From the NCBI GenBank assembly GCA_036507075.1, contig DASXQR010000017.1, positions 93,188 to 157,187 on the forward strand: a DNA stretch of 64,000 bases, written 5' to 3'. A program made the position numbers and the translations under genes. Origin of the DNA: Acidobacteriota bacterium. Lineage in GTDB: Bacteria; Acidobacteriota; UBA6911; JACQSX01. Below the pieces are notes generated by a model that was not told where the DNA came from, did no database searches, and was given only the letters and a program-made list of their open reading frames with translations. Within the stretch, counting starts at the first letter, position 1. Every line of letters begins with the position of its first letter. This document shows, one piece after another, positions 1-10,255 of this stretch.

Positions 1-44
1 TGTGACCGACGTTATACCGCGTAGAGTCGGTTTATAATCTAGCC

Positions 45-677
45 ATGTTCACAGGCATTATCGAAGCGGTTGGCAACGTTCGGAGCAGTAAGAAGATCGA
101 TCGCGGCATGAAGGTTGAAGTCACCTGCAGCCGCAATCTCAAATTGAGGAAAGGGAACAGTCTGGCCGTTGATGGTGTTTGCCTTACATGTGAGAAGGTG
201 AAAGGACGCGTCGTAGAATTCACTCTTTCCTCCGAGACACTGGAACGCACGCACTTCGGCTCGCTGACGAAAGGCAGGACGGTAAACCTGGAGCGGCCGC
301 TGGCCGCCAGCGGCCGCCTCGGAGGGCACTTTGTTCAGGGGCACGTCGACGGCACGGGAGCGGTTGCCTCGGTTGACCAGGATTCTCCCGGATGGCGTCT
401 GGCGCTGGAATTGCCTTTGAACCTTCTCCCCTACTGCGTTGAGAAAGGATCCATTGCCATTAACGGCGTAAGTCTCACCATTGCCGGAATTCGCGGAAAC
501 CGGATCTGGATTGCCCTGATACCCTTCACCTGGGAGAATACGGCCCTGTCCGAACTGGGGCCCGGAGACCTGGTGAACGTGGAAGTTGACTTGCTGGCAA
601 AGTATGTAAGAAATTTCACGGCGACGACCGACGCTTCAGACGAACAGTTTCTCTGGAAATTTGTCAGGGAAGGATAG
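45..677 (+). CDS. ribE: riboflavin synthase alpha subunit
   Basis: 210-aa ORF with N-terminal MFTGIIE..G motif and two lumazine-binding half repeats typical of riboflavin synthase; ribBA lies 3.3 kb downstream on the same strand. Confidence 0.9.
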   Translation: MFTGIIEAVGNVRSSKKIDRGMKVEVTCSRNLKLRKGNSLAVDGVCLTCEKVKGRVVEFTLSSETLERTHFGSLTKGRTVNLERPLAASGRLGGHFVQGHVDGTGAVASVDQDSPGWRLALELPLNLLPYCVEKGSIAINGVSLTIAGIRGNRIWIALIPFTWENTALSELGPGDLVNVEVDLLAKYVRNFTATTDASDEQFLWKFVREG

Positions 678-680
678 GGA

Positions 681-1319
681 ATGACATTCAGCAGACTCGT
701 TGATCCGGTCAAAAGAGGCGCGATGCGCATCGTTCTCTGTGTTCTCTGTGCCTCTGTGGTGATTCCGTTATTCCCTGAAACAGTCCCCTCACTGAAATTG
801 GACGAGGGAGCCATCATTGTCTGGGACACGAAAGCCCGGGACTACACCTCCGAGTTCATCATCCGAATCGCCCAGTATTCACCGGAGCGTTTTTTCGAAT
901 GGGAAAGTCGCGCCCATCAGGGCACCATTAAGATTCCGGCAAAAATCCTTAAGGAAGGGAAGAAGCTTACCTTCGCCAGGCTCTTTGACAACGGCGTAGA
1001 TATTGATAAGACCGATTCGCTCACGCTCTGGCTTAGCGAACAGATCTACCAGGAGCTCAAGACCAGCAATCGGGCGCGCGTAACCGTAGATTCTCTGAAG
1101 GATGAGTTTGTGCTGGACGAATCCTTGCAGTATCCGCTGTTGCTCAACAAGCAAGCCGTCACGGTACCGGCGCTGAAAGTTAGAGACACGCGCGGCGCCA
1201 CCTGGATCTTTCTCGACAGCGCCGTCAATCCGTTGATGCTCGAGTATCAGAATCAGTACTACACGCAGAAGATTCGCAGCATGACCACAAAGGGGAGTAT
1301 TCTCCGCTGGGTGCGCTAA
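681..1319 (+). CDS. hypothetical exported protein
   Basis: 212-aa ORF starting 4 nt after the ribE stop with a purine-rich RBS-like stretch (GGAAGGGATAGGGA); hydrophobic N-terminal signal-like segment; no recognisable domain. Confidence 0.4.
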   Translation: MTFSRLVDPVKRGAMRIVLCVLCASVVIPLFPETVPSLKLDEGAIIVWDTKARDYTSEFIIRIAQYSPERFFEWESRAHQGTIKIPAKILKEGKKLTFARLFDNGVDIDKTDSLTLWLSEQIYQELKTSNRARVTVDSLKDEFVLDESLQYPLLLNKQAVTVPALKVRDTRGATWIFLDSAVNPLMLEYQNQYYTQKIRSMTTKGSILRWVR

Positions 1320-1327
1320 AAAACGCC

Positions 1328-1621
1328 GGTTGGCGAGTTCGCGGGCTGGCGAGTTACGGGTTGTCTGGTTGCGGGTCGTCGGGTTGTCGGATTACGGGTT
1401 GCGAGTTGACGGGTTACGGGTTGTCGGGTTGACTGGCCGGTACGTCACGATACCAATTTTCCAATTTTGAGTTTCAATCTGCCAAGTCGTAACCCGTAAC
1501 ACGCCGACTCGCAAGCCGACAACCCGTTAACCCGCAACCTGTCAACCGGTCAACCCGTGAACCCGCAACCCGGAACTCGCAACCCGCTCACCCGGAACCC
1601 GTGAACCCGCAACCCGGAACG
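1328..1621. repeat. palindromic element, GTTACGG family: arms are tandem arrays of GTTACGG/GTTGCGG-type 7-8-mers (about 110 nt each) around a ~60-nt apex containing CCAATTTTCCAATTTTGAGTTTCAA
   Basis: Read directly: 1328-1440 is a direct array; 1497-1621 is the reverse-complement array (CCGTAAC, CCGCAAC units); the apex motif recurs in the element at 59742-60083. Confidence 0.9.
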
Positions 1622-1627
1622 CCGCGT

Positions 1628-2717
1628 TTAGAAGACGTACCGCAAGCCGAGCCAGATTTCACGCCTTCCGCCGTCGGTGCCCCATTGGTTGAGAAAATTT
1701 GAGGAGTTAACGCGCCCCTCCGGAATGCCAAAGTTCCGCGTATTGGTGGCGTTGAACATATCCACCCGGAACTGCAGGCGATGGTTCTCCGTGATGCGGG
1801 TATTTTTCTGGAATCCCATATCCAGATTTCCAATGCCGTCTGCTCGCAGGGTGTTTCTTCCCACGTTCCCGGTTCGCACTCCTGAGCTCGGCAAGCGTGA
1901 AAACAGACTTGCGCCGCCGGCCTTCACCAGTTCCTCAATCGACATAGAAGCAATATTGAGATTTGTATTCAGGTTGGGGCGAATAGCGTTCCCAACCAGG
2001 CTATCAATACCACTCAGGGCGCCTGTCGGATCTGCGCCATTCAGGACGGTGAACGGCGCTCCGCTCTGAAACGTGAAAAAGGAATTCAACTGCCAGCCAC
2101 CAAGGATATGGCCCGTCACTCCCTGTTGTTCTCTAAAAAAGGGAAGTTCATACACAATATTCCCGGTGAGACGGTGCGGACGATCATACGAAGATCTTGC
2201 GCGATCCGCCCGCCTGTTGAATGAATCCTGCGAAACGGCAACTTCGCCTCCAGACGGGTTGAAGATTTCCGATGCGTCGTCGATATAAGCGCTCCAGGTA
2301 TAGTGCAACTCGGAAGGGTGCTTCTTTTCTCCCGGCACTTTTATCCAGATTACTTAAAGAATTCAATTTGTTGCCGTTGTAGAACTCGAAGGCGGAGCCG
2401 TGAAAGCGGTTGGACCCGCTTTTGGTAATAATGTTCATGACCGAGCCGGCGCTCCGGCCGTACTCTGCGGCAAACTGGTTTGTAATCAGCCGGACCTCTT
2501 GAACAATGTCGGTGTTGTTGATCGGCTGCTGTCGACCGGAAACACTCGGATCATTGCTATCCTGCCCGTCGATCATGAAGTTATTCGAGCGCAGCCTCAT
2601 TCCGTTGACCGAGAAATTCACTCCGCTGGCGAAATCGGATTGACCGCTGCCGAGCTGGCTTACGCCCGGTGCCGAGAGGGCCCTCGGGCCGTCTCTCCAC
2701 CCTGAAAATTGTCCCAC
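1628..2717 (-). pseudogene. TonB-dependent receptor remnant (plug domain plus C-terminal barrel end; frameshifted, 5'-truncated, internally deleted)
   Basis: Two overlapping minus-strand ORFs, 2184..2717 (plug-domain motifs NGMRLRSNNFMIDG, AEYGRSAGSVMNIITKSG) and 1628..2338 (barrel C-terminus ending LGLRYVF); combined ~360 aa against 700-1100 aa for intact receptors; the 5' end is replaced by a Y-type repeat terminus and a 16-bp tandem array. Confidence 0.65.
2675..2698. repeat. partial copy (terminal ~22 bp) of the Y element (GGAGACGGCCCTCGGGCCGTCTCTCC-type terminus)
   Basis: AGAGGGCCCTCGGGCCGTCTCTCC matches the termini of the ~90-bp elements at 13209-13296 and 24555-24644; it forms the 5' end of the TBDR pseudo-ORF. 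Confidence 0.7.
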
Positions 2718-2800
2718 CCTAAAATTGTCCCACCCTAAAATTGTCCTGCTCTAAAAATTGTCCCAGTCTAAAAATTGGTCGCACTCTAAAAAATGTCCAA
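2698..2800. repeat. direct tandem array, 16-18-bp unit CCCACCCTAAAATTGT, about 6 copies degenerating 3'-ward
   Basis: Read directly: ccaccctgaaaattgt / cccaccctaaaattgt x2 / cctgctctaaaaattgt / cccagtctaaaaattggt / cgcactctaaaaaatgt. Confidence 0.9.
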
Positions 2801-3505
2801 ACTCCAGCCCCTTTTGAGGCCCGAATCTACGGCACACCTTACTTTGTCCCGATAAAGATCTTTGTCATCTGTGCTGGAGGGAGGAACAAGGGGCGGGTGA
2901 AACATGACCTCTACCTGGCCTCTGTTGAGCTTCCAATTCCCTTTGGGTTGAATCTCGCGCGTCCCGACCAGCGTAATGGGAACGATGGGCACGCCGGACT
3001 TGATCGACAGGATAAATCCTCCCCCCTTGAAGGCACCCAAGGTGCCGTCTCGGCTCCGGGTGCCTTCGGGATAAAGAAGAAACGAATCGCCGCTTGTGGC
3101 CTGTTCGATAGCCCGGTCGATAGCGCCCCTTCCGGCTTCCGTATCGCCCCGGTCCACCGGCACACAGCGTGCCAGCCGCATTGCCGTCGAGAGGATCGGC
3201 AGCCTCAAGAGCTCCTTTTTGAAGATCACCTTGATGTCATGAGGAATGCAGGCAAAACATACCGGAGGATCCACGTTGCTGACGTGATTGGCCATAAAAA
3301 TGAAATTTCTGGAGGCCAGATTCTCGGTGTCACCGCGAATCCGGATCCGAATGCCGGCAATCCTGAAAGCCGCGCGGATAGTCCACCGGGCTACCACGTA
3401 CATCGGATGCGGATTGCTCGTGATGGCGGTATAAAGAAGCAAGACCGGTCCGGCAAGGATGAGAACCACGGAAATCAAGAGCATTATTGCCAGCGTGCGG
3501 ATCAT
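2786..3505 (-). CDS. plsC: 1-acyl-sn-glycerol-3-phosphate acyltransferase
   Basis: 239 aa; N-terminal TM helix; acyltransferase motifs NHVSNVDP (HX4D block) and PEGTRS. Confidence 0.85.
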   Translation of the reverse strand: MIRTLAIMLLISVVLILAGPVLLLYTAITSNPHPMYVVARWTIRAAFRIAGIRIRIRGDTENLASRNFIFMANHVSNVDPPVCFACIPHDIKVIFKKELLRLPILSTAMRLARCVPVDRGDTEAGRGAIDRAIEQATSGDSFLLYPEGTRSRDGTLGAFKGGGFILSIKSGVPIVPITLVGTREIQPKGNWKLNRGQVEVMFHPPLVPPSSTDDKDLYRDKVRCAVDSGLKRGWSLDIF

Positions 3506-3550
3506 CTCTATTTCAATTACGAATGGAAAGATTTCAAAATTCCGGTTCGA

Positions 3551-3952
3551 TCATTCGTCATTGGTCATTGGTCATCCGGTCATCAGTGGCTAATGATCTA
3601 GTCTAGTTGCCTGTAACAGCAGAATCGATAGTGGTACCGCGACTGCGAAGCGCCCGGCTTTGCCGCCCATCGTGCGGAAAGGCTCTGCCTTTCCGGCAGC
3701 CCCATTCTTCACCTTCTTCCTTTCTCCGCACACCGAGGCCCAGCCTCGGTTTGCGGAGATAGGATGGAGGGCATCGCCCGGAAAGGCAAAGCCTTTCCGC
3801 ACGATGGGCGGCAAAGCCGCAAGTTCTCTTCGATTTCTTCTCACGTTCCAAGGCCGGTGGAGGGCTGAGCTCGGATGCAGCACTATCGTTTCTTCTGTTA
3901 CAGTTCACTGACGATTAACGATCAACCAATGACCAATGACCAATGACCAAGC
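3551..3952. repeat. nested palindromic element: outer arms are tandem CATTGGT / GACCAATG heptamers (3551-3586 and 3908-3952); inner 45-bp inverted repeat at 3649-3698 and 3778-3827
   Basis: Read directly: tcattcgtcattggtcattggtcatccggtcatcag versus caaccaatgaccaatgaccaatgaccaagc; inner ttgccgcccatcgtgcggaaaggc...gcctttccgcacgatgggcggcaa; the overlapping ORFs 3590..3911 are judged spurious. Confidence 0.85.
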
Positions 3953-4009
3953 AACGCGAGCCGGGCTGCGAGTTGCCAGTGTTATAATGTTTTCCCTGAA
4001 AGGGAAGCA

Positions 4010-5221
4010 ATGCCAATGTTTGCAACGATTCCGGAAGCGATAGAAGAGATAAGTGAAGGCAGGATGGTGATCGTCGTCGATGACGAAGATCGTGAAAATG
4101 AAGGAGACCTGACCATGGCTGCGGAAAAGGTAACACCGGAGGCGATTAATTTCATGGCGCGCTACGGGCGCGGCCTGATCTGTCTTCCGATGACTCCGGA
4201 ACGGCTGGCCCAACTCGAGATCCCCCCGATGGTGGCGGAAAATACCGCACGTTTTCAAACGGCATTCACTGAATCGATCGACGCCCGCCGGAGTATCACC
4301 ACTGGTATTTCTGCGGCGGATCGCGCGCATACCATACTGACGGCGGTCGATCCCAAGTGTAAACCTTCAGATCTTGTGCGCCCCGGCCATATCTTTCCCC
4401 TGCGCTCCGAGCCGGGGGGAGTGCTGAAACGCGCCGGTCAAACGGAAGCGGCGGTTGATCTGGCTCGCATTGCCGGCCTGCAGCCTGCCGGTGTGATTTG
4501 CGAGATCATGAACGACGACGGCACCATGGCGCGCCTTCCCGAGCTGGAGCACTTTGCCCGGCGCTATAATCTGAAAATTGTATCTGTTGCGGACTTGATC
4601 CGTTTTCGACTGCAGACCGAAAAGTTCGTGCACGAGGTGGCGGAAGCCGATTTACCGACGGCGTTCGGAGATTTCCGAGTAAAGGTCTTTTTGAACGAGA
4701 TCGATCACAAGACACACCTGGCGCTCATCAAAGGCGACGTTTCCGGCAGTGACAGGGAGCCGGTGCTGGTCCGGATGCAGTCACAGTCGACCATGTCGGA
4801 TGTATTCCATTCCATGCGCAGTGACAGCGGCGAGCAGTTGCGCAAGGCCATGCAGATGATCGACAACTGCGGACGCGGGGTACTGGTTTACCTGCGTCAG
4901 GAAGGAAGGGGCATTGGATTGATAAACGAGATCAAAGCCTACGCCTTGCAGGACAGCGGCAAAGACACGGTCGAAGCGAATGCCGCGCTTGGTTTTCAGG
5001 CCGATCTCCGGGACTACGGCGTGGGAGCGCAGATTCTCAACAGCCTGGGCCTGCGCAAAATCCGACTGCTGACAAATCATCCCAAGAAGGTGGTCGGTCT
5101 GGAGGGCTATGGCATGACCATCGTGGAGCAGGTTCCCCTGGAAGTCACCCCTTCCGAGTATTCGGCCAATTACCTACGGACCAAAAAAGAAAAACTGGGC
5201 CATCATCTAAAGAAAGTGTAA
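4010..5221 (+). CDS. ribBA: bifunctional 3,4-dihydroxy-2-butanone-4-phosphate synthase / GTP cyclohydrolase II
   Basis: 403 aa; the N-terminal half carries the DHBP synthase motifs ([21 protein letters not shown]-like) and the C-terminal half the GTP cyclohydrolase II Cys and Arg motifs. Confidence 0.95.
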   Translation: MPMFATIPEAIEEISEGRMVIVVDDEDRENEGDLTMAAEKVTPEAINFMARYGRGLICLPMTPERLAQLEIPPMVAENTARFQTAFTESIDARRSITTGISAADRAHTILTAVDPKCKPSDLVRPGHIFPLRSEPGGVLKRAGQTEAAVDLARIAGLQPAGVICEIMNDDGTMARLPELEHFARRYNLKIVSVADLIRFRLQTEKFVHEVAEADLPTAFGDFRVKVFLNEIDHKTHLALIKGDVSGSDREPVLVRMQSQSTMSDVFHSMRSDSGEQLRKAMQMIDNCGRGVLVYLRQEGRGIGLINEIKAYALQDSGKDTVEANAALGFQADLRDYGVGAQILNSLGLRKIRLLTNHPKKVVGLEGYGMTIVEQVPLEVTPSEYSANYLRTKKEKLGHHLKKV

Positions 5222-5223
5222 AC

Positions 5224-5590
5224 GGTCATCGGGTGCGAGTTACGGGTTTTCGAGTTACGGGTTTTCGGGCTACGAGTTTCGAGTTACGAGTTTCCGGGTT
5301 ACGAGTTTCCGGGTTACGGGTTTTCGGGTTACGGGTTTTCGGGCTACGAGTTTCCGGGTTACGGGTTTTCCAATTACGAGTTTTCACGTAGGGCGTGTTC
5401 GGTTATTACTGATGTTCTTGGATTCCAAATCCTGGCTAGAGCATCGAATCTGAGATCTTTGGATCGCTAATCGAACCAAAGCCGTAACCGGAAAACCCGT
5501 AACCGGAAAACCCGTAACCCGAAAACCGTAACCGGAAAACCCGTAACCCGAAAACCCGTAACCCGAAAACCCGTAACTCGCAGCACTCCG
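5224..5590. repeat. palindromic element, GTTACGG family with a 15-mer unit GTTACGGGTTTTCGG (left arm 5224-5390, right arm 5471-5590, ~80-nt apex)
   Basis: Read directly; the right arm is CCGTAACCCGAAAAC repeated; it occupies the ribBA-ltaE intergenic gap. Confidence 0.9.
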
Positions 5591-5629
5591 ACCGCTTCGT
5601 GATTTTCATGACTTCGCAGGGGTAAGCAC

Positions 5630-6670
5630 TTGAACTCAAGAATCATTGATCTCCGAAGTGACACGGTCACCAAGCCAACGGCTGAAATGCGGCGTGCCAT
5701 GGAATCGGCCGAAGTAGGCGATGATGTCTATGGCGAGGATCCGACGGTAAACCGGCTTCAGGAGCGCGCGGCCGAGGTTTTCAACAAGGAAGCCGCATTG
5801 TTTGTCCCCACCGGCACGATGGGCAATCAGATTGCGGTAAAACTGCACACTCGATCCGGGCAAGAGGTGATCGTCGAAGAGCAGGGGCACATCTTCAACT
5901 TCGAGATGGCCACCATGGCTGCATTCTCAGGCGTGCTGGCACGACCGGTGAAAAGCACAAACGGCATCCTGGAATGGCGCCAGATCGAAGCGGCAATCCA
6001 TCCCGACATTTACTACTACGCCCGCACCGGCTTGATCGCACTCGAGAATACCCACAATATGGCGGGAGGCACCGTCTACACGCGCGCGCAAAGCGACGAG
6101 ATCTGCCATCAGGCGAACGCGCGCAAAATCCCGATACACCTGGATGGTGCCAGAATCTTCAATGCATCGGCAGCCTTGAATACGTCTGTGCGGGATCTGT
6201 GCGGCCCTTTTGATACTGTGATGTTCTGTCTTTCAAAAGGACTGTGCGCCCCGGTAGGGAGCATGCTGCTTGGTCGCCGTGATGCGATGGAAGAAGGCAG
6301 AAGGCTGCGCAAAATGCTGGGCGGGGGAATGCGCCAGGCCGGAGTGCTGGCTGCCGCGGGCCTGATCGCTTTGGAAGAGATGCCAAAGCGGCTCCATATC
6401 GATCATCAAAACGCCGCCTATTTCGCCCAGGGCGTGGCAAGCCTGCCGGGAATCTCCATCGATCCGGCGGTGGTACGGACCAACATTGTGATTTTTGATC
6501 TGTCGGCCGACAAAGGCCCGGCCAACGACCTTCTTGCAAAGCTGAAAGAGGAGAAAGTTTTTCTGGGCGCCATCGGGCCGCAGCGCATCCGCGCCGTCAC
6601 TCATGCCGATGTGAGCCGGCAAGACATCGAGCATGTGCTGGGAGTGCTGAAGAGGCTTTTGTCGAATTAA
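5630..6670 (+). CDS. ltaE: low-specificity L-threonine aldolase
   Basis: 346 aa; [10 protein letters not shown]-terminus and PLP-lysine region typical of threonine aldolases. Confidence 0.9.
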   Translation: MNSRIIDLRSDTVTKPTAEMRRAMESAEVGDDVYGEDPTVNRLQERAAEVFNKEAALFVPTGTMGNQIAVKLHTRSGQEVIVEEQGHIFNFEMATMAAFSGVLARPVKSTNGILEWRQIEAAIHPDIYYYARTGLIALENTHNMAGGTVYTRAQSDEICHQANARKIPIHLDGARIFNASAALNTSVRDLCGPFDTVMFCLSKGLCAPVGSMLLGRRDAMEEGRRLRKMLGGGMRQAGVLAAAGLIALEEMPKRLHIDHQNAAYFAQGVASLPGISIDPAVVRTNIVIFDLSADKGPANDLLAKLKEEKVFLGAIGPQRIRAVTHADVSRQDIEHVLGVLKRLLSN

Positions 6671-6680
6671 AGCGGAAATT

Positions 6681-6749
6681 GAACCACCAAGACACCAAGG
6701 CAACAAGCTTGTACAACGGTCATCGTGCTGGCTTGGTGTCTTGGTGGTT
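6681..6749. repeat. palindromic element, CACCAAG family (aaccaccaagacaccaaggcaacaagc ... gctggcttggtgtcttggtggtt)
   Basis: Read directly; it lies between the convergent ltaE and hemW stops. Confidence 0.9.
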
Positions 6750-6757
6750 TATCTTTT

Positions 6758-7948
6758 TTACATGAACTCGCTCAGGATCTCGTTACTCACCAGGAAACCG
6801 GGGGGCGTCAAGAAATAGCGATCGTCGGCGCGCTTTACCCATCCCTGTTCCAGGAACCACGGCCAGCGTCTTCGCAGCCGATCCTGCTTGTCAACCAGGG
6901 CATCAAGCAACAACGCGTGCACTCCGCGGCACGTACGCATGCCCAGGAAGATCTGCTCCTGTAAACTCTCCACTGCCGAGACCTCTGCCTCGTTTTCGCG
7001 CGGCGAGGTCCCGGATTCAATCCTTTCAAGATAACCGCGCAGCGATCTTATGTTGTTCCACCTTCGCACTCCGTCAAACGAGTGACTGCTTACCCCGAAG
7101 CCGAGATAGGGCACCCGCCTCCAGTATTTCCAGTTGTGCCGGCTTTGGAACCCCGGGCGCGCGAAGTTGGAGATCTCGTACTGCTGCAGGCCGTGAGATT
7201 CGAGGGCGGCGACCAGGTCGAGATACTGACGGCCCACGAAATCGTCCGATGGCAGCGCTGCTTTCCCGGCACGGATACTGCCGTGCAGCGGTGTTCCCGA
7301 ATGCAGCTCCAGTATGTAAAGGGAAAGATGGTCTACAGGAAGGGAAACAGCCGCATCAACTGAAGGTCTGACTGACAATCTGGTCTGGCCGGGCAGCCCG
7401 AGTATCAGGTCAATGCTGATGTTCCGCACCCCGTCACGCCGCGCACGATCAACCGCAGCACGCGCGTCATCAGCGGTATGGGCGCGAGTCATTGCGGTAA
7501 GTTCGGCGTCATTGAAGGATTGAACCCCGATACTCAACCGGTTTATCCCGGCCGATCGGTAAAAGCCGATTCGCTGCGCTTCCCGCGGAGACGGATTCAT
7601 CTCCAGCGAGATTTCGGCTTCGGCCGCGACGGTGAACTTGCGCGCCAGTTCTTCAAGGATCTCGCCTATAAAGTGCTCGGAAACTATAGAGGGAGTGCCC
7701 CCTCCGATGTAGATACTATCAACCGACCGGAGCAGCGACGGAACCTCGACGCAGTGAATCTCACGAATCAAGGCGGAAAGGTAGCGCCTGACTACGGCCT
7801 CGTCAAAAACCGCGGTGGAAAAATCACAATAGTTGCATTTCGTGGCACAGAACGGAATGTGCACGTAAAGGCCGGAGAGTGGTGACGACCTGCCTTCTGT
7901 CGCGTCCGGAAGAGCTTGAGAAAAATGCATCATGAATTTAGGGGGCAC
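6758..7948 (-). CDS. hemW: radical SAM heme chaperone HemW / oxygen-independent coproporphyrinogen-III oxidase-like
   Basis: 396 aa; radical-SAM CxxxCxxC (HIPFCATKCNYCDF) plus a HemN C-terminal domain; GTG start. Confidence 0.85.
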   Translation of the reverse strand: MPPKFMMHFSQALPDATEGRSSPLSGLYVHIPFCATKCNYCDFSTAVFDEAVVRRYLSALIREIHCVEVPSLLRSVDSIYIGGGTPSIVSEHFIGEILEELARKFTVAAEAEISLEMNPSPREAQRIGFYRSAGINRLSIGVQSFNDAELTAMTRAHTADDARAAVDRARRDGVRNISIDLILGLPGQTRLSVRPSVDAAVSLPVDHLSLYILELHSGTPLHGSIRAGKAALPSDDFVGRQYLDLVAALESHGLQQYEISNFARPGFQSRHNWKYWRRVPYLGFGVSSHSFDGVRRWNNIRSLRGYLERIESGTSPRENEAEVSAVESLQEQIFLGMRTCRGVHALLLDALVDKQDRLRRRWPWFLEQGWVKRADDRYFLTPPGFLVSNEILSEFM

Positions 7949-8030
7949 GAATTACGCGAATTACACGAATTTCACGAATCTTTTAAAATAAATTCGTGAA
8001 ATTCGTGAAATTCGTGCTCAACTCGTGCTC
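7947..8030. repeat. palindromic element, CGAATTACG 9-mer family (acgaattacgcgaattacacgaatttcacgaatc ... aattcgtgaaattcgtgaaattcgtgctcaactcgtgctc)
   Basis: Read directly; it overlaps the hemW GTG start and the last codons of radC. Confidence 0.9.
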
Positions 8031-8671
8031 AACTCTCCACGATCCAGGAAGCTGTAATAGCAACCGTCCCCGATGATAACATGGTCCAGCACCCTGACTC
8101 CGAGCAGTTGGCCGCACTTTACGAGTCGTTCCGTGATTTGTCGATCTTCCGCACTCGGTTCGGGATCCCCGCTCGGATGGTTGTGAAGAAAGATCACAGC
8201 CGCAGCGCTATGGCGTACCGCCGGAGTGAATACTTCACGCGGATGCACCAGAGAAGCTGTAAGCGAACCTTCCGAGACGACTTCATCGCGAATTACCCGG
8301 TTTTTTCCATTGAGCAGCAACAGAAGGAAGATCTCGTGTGTCCGGCCCCGAAAATAGTCGCGGTAGTGCTCAAACAATTGTCTGCTGTTGCGGAAAGGAC
8401 CCGGAAGGAGCACAGGTTCCTGGACCTTTCGCACCAACATCTGAAAGGCGGAAACCCGGGAGCTTTCGATCCCGAGGGCTTTCAACTCCTCGACAGTGAC
8501 CGTAAGCAGTCCGCGCATTCCGAAGCCAGCCAGAAAGATCCGACATTCCAGCTCGTTCCAGTGGAAAAGCTCTGACAGAGCTGAAACGGATTCCTTTTCG
8601 GGCGATTCCTGGCGCAGCACTCGCATGCCATACTCAACCGGGCACCCTGAAAATCTGCGAAACTTTTTCAT
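8018..8671 (-). CDS. radC: RadC-family JAB/MPN domain protein
   Basis: 217 aa; JAMM motif HNHPSGDPEPSAED and an HhH N-terminal region. Confidence 0.9.
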   Translation of the reverse strand: MKKFRRFSGCPVEYGMRVLRQESPEKESVSALSELFHWNELECRIFLAGFGMRGLLTVTVEELKALGIESSRVSAFQMLVRKVQEPVLLPGPFRNSRQLFEHYRDYFRGRTHEIFLLLLLNGKNRVIRDEVVSEGSLTASLVHPREVFTPAVRHSAAAVIFLHNHPSGDPEPSAEDRQITERLVKCGQLLGVRVLDHVIIGDGCYYSFLDRGELSTS

Positions 8672-8830
8672 GAAGAAGAACCAGCCGCTGATTTACACGA
8701 ATTGACCCGGATAGAAGCGGGCCGCGAATTTGCGCAAATAATGCTGATTAATATCAGGTCGAGGGATGGGCCCGGTTACCCGGCCTAGTTCCTCTTTCTA
8801 CCTGGCTTTCAGTATGCGTAGAATCAATGA

Positions 8831-10030
8831 ATGACTCTTCTTGCCGGCTCATCCGTGGCCACCGTCAGGCTGAAGAAGAAAGAGGACCTGCGCCTTGGTT
8901 CCGGGCATCTTTGGGTTTTTTCGAACGAAATCGCCGCACTCCAGAACAGCGATGGCGCGCTTCTGGCAAATTGTTATTCCGCCGGCGGGGTTTTCCTGGG
9001 AAGCGCGTTTTATTCCCCCCGCTCGTTGATTTCCTGCAGGCTGCTGGACCGGCGCCTGCCGTCGGAAGAGCTCACACTACAGTGGCTTAAGGACCGCATG
9101 GGCGCGGCAATCGAGTTTCGGCGGCGCCTTTTTCCCGACGACAGCAGCGCCCGCTGGATCTTTGGTGAAAGCGACGGGCTGCCGGGAATTGTTGTCGACA
9201 GGTATGGCAACACCGCCGTGGTTCAGACATTCTGCGCCGCAGCCGATGCAATGCTTCACCCGATTGCCGAGATACTCGGCGCCGAGTTTGGAATGACAAC
9301 CGTGGTGGAGCGCAACGAGTCGATTCTTCGCCAGCACGAGGAACTGGAAAGGCGACGAACGGTGTTGCTGGGCGCACAGCCCCAACTGACAGAAGTCACA
9401 GAGTGCGGCATTCGCTTCCTGGTGGACTTGTGGGGAGGGCAAAAAACCGGATATTTTCTCGACCAGAAGATGAATCGCATCTTGGTTCGGAGTTTCTCCA
9501 GGGGATTGCGTGTCCTGGATTGCTACAGCAATGTCGGCGGGTTCTCGCTGAATGCAATTAGGGGAGGAGCTGCCGGTTCGACAGCGGTCGACGCGTCAAA
9601 GGAGGTATTGGAGCTGGCCCGCAGGAGTGCTTCTCTGAACGGCTGGGCCGATTCTCTGGAGACAGTTCATTCCGATGTTTTCGATTTTCTGCAAGCGGCG
9701 GGCGCCGAGCGGCGCCGCTTCGGTCTGGTGGTCCTGGATCCTCCGTCCTTTACAAGGAACCGCAAGAGCGTCCCCGCGGCGCGGAAGGCTTATATCAAAC
9801 TGAACCAGCTGGGAATGTCGGTACTCGAGCCAGATGGGCTGCTCGTCACGGCCAGTTGTTCGCATCACATCACGGAAGACACGTTCCAGGAAGCTGTCAT
9901 GCAGGCGGCGCGCCGCGCGGGAAGGGAACTGCAGCAGATCGCTGTGCTCGTTCAATCACCGGACCATCCAGTGCTGCCGGGAATGCCGGAGACGAGATAC
10001 CTCAAAGGGGGTGTGTATCGAGTCATTTGA
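8831..10030 (+). CDS. rlmI: class I SAM-dependent rRNA methyltransferase (RlmI-like, PUA domain)
   Basis: 399 aa; N-terminal PUA-like region, C-terminal Rossmann methyltransferase motifs (VLDCYSNVGGFS, LVVLDPPSF). Confidence 0.8.
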   Translation: MTLLAGSSVATVRLKKKEDLRLGSGHLWVFSNEIAALQNSDGALLANCYSAGGVFLGSAFYSPRSLISCRLLDRRLPSEELTLQWLKDRMGAAIEFRRRLFPDDSSARWIFGESDGLPGIVVDRYGNTAVVQTFCAAADAMLHPIAEILGAEFGMTTVVERNESILRQHEELERRRTVLLGAQPQLTEVTECGIRFLVDLWGGQKTGYFLDQKMNRILVRSFSRGLRVLDCYSNVGGFSLNAIRGGAAGSTAVDASKEVLELARRSASLNGWADSLETVHSDVFDFLQAAGAERRRFGLVVLDPPSFTRNRKSVPAARKAYIKLNQLGMSVLEPDGLLVTASCSHHITEDTFQEAVMQAARRAGRELQQIAVLVQSPDHPVLPGMPETRYLKGGVYRVI

Positions 10031-10058
10031 TGAGCCGGGGGTGGCTTTGAGACGCGTC

Positions 10059-10250
10059 CAATGCGGAATGCGGAATAGGGAATAGATTTGGGAAATATGA
10101 AGCGGATTGGCAATTGCGCAATACGAAATTTGCCTAGGAATTGCTTCGATTATCGCGGTCTGACGATACATTCCATTTGACACTCCGCAATTCGTATTTC
10201 AAACTTTTATTCCGCATTCCGCATTCCGCATTCCGCATTCCGCATTCGAG
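10059..10250. repeat. palindromic element, CGGAATG family (left arm about 2.5 units, right arm 5 x CATTCCG, ~120-nt apex)
   Basis: Read directly: caatgcggaatgcggaatagggaatag ... ttccgcattccgcattccgcattccgcattccgcattcg; it lies between the convergent rlmI and ligD. Confidence 0.9.
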
Positions 10251-10255
10251 AAAGT

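Noticed and set aside
3590-3911. Track ORFs 3590..3883(-), 3603..3908(-) and 3660..3911(+)
   Set aside because: They lie entirely within the nested palindrome. The plus- and minus-strand ORFs mirror each other because of the inverted repeat, the sequence is low complexity, and there is no RBS.
3500-4010. An FMN riboswitch upstream of ribBA
   Set aside because: No conserved FMN-aptamer segments such as AGTCTGGATG or the GGGCAGGGTGAAATTCCC core are present. The region is occupied by the CATTGGT palindrome.
5436-5700. Track ORFs 5436..5639(-) and 5467..5700(-), with peptides such as FGLRVFGLRVFRL
   Set aside because: They are translations of the GTTACGGGTTTTCGG tandem arm.
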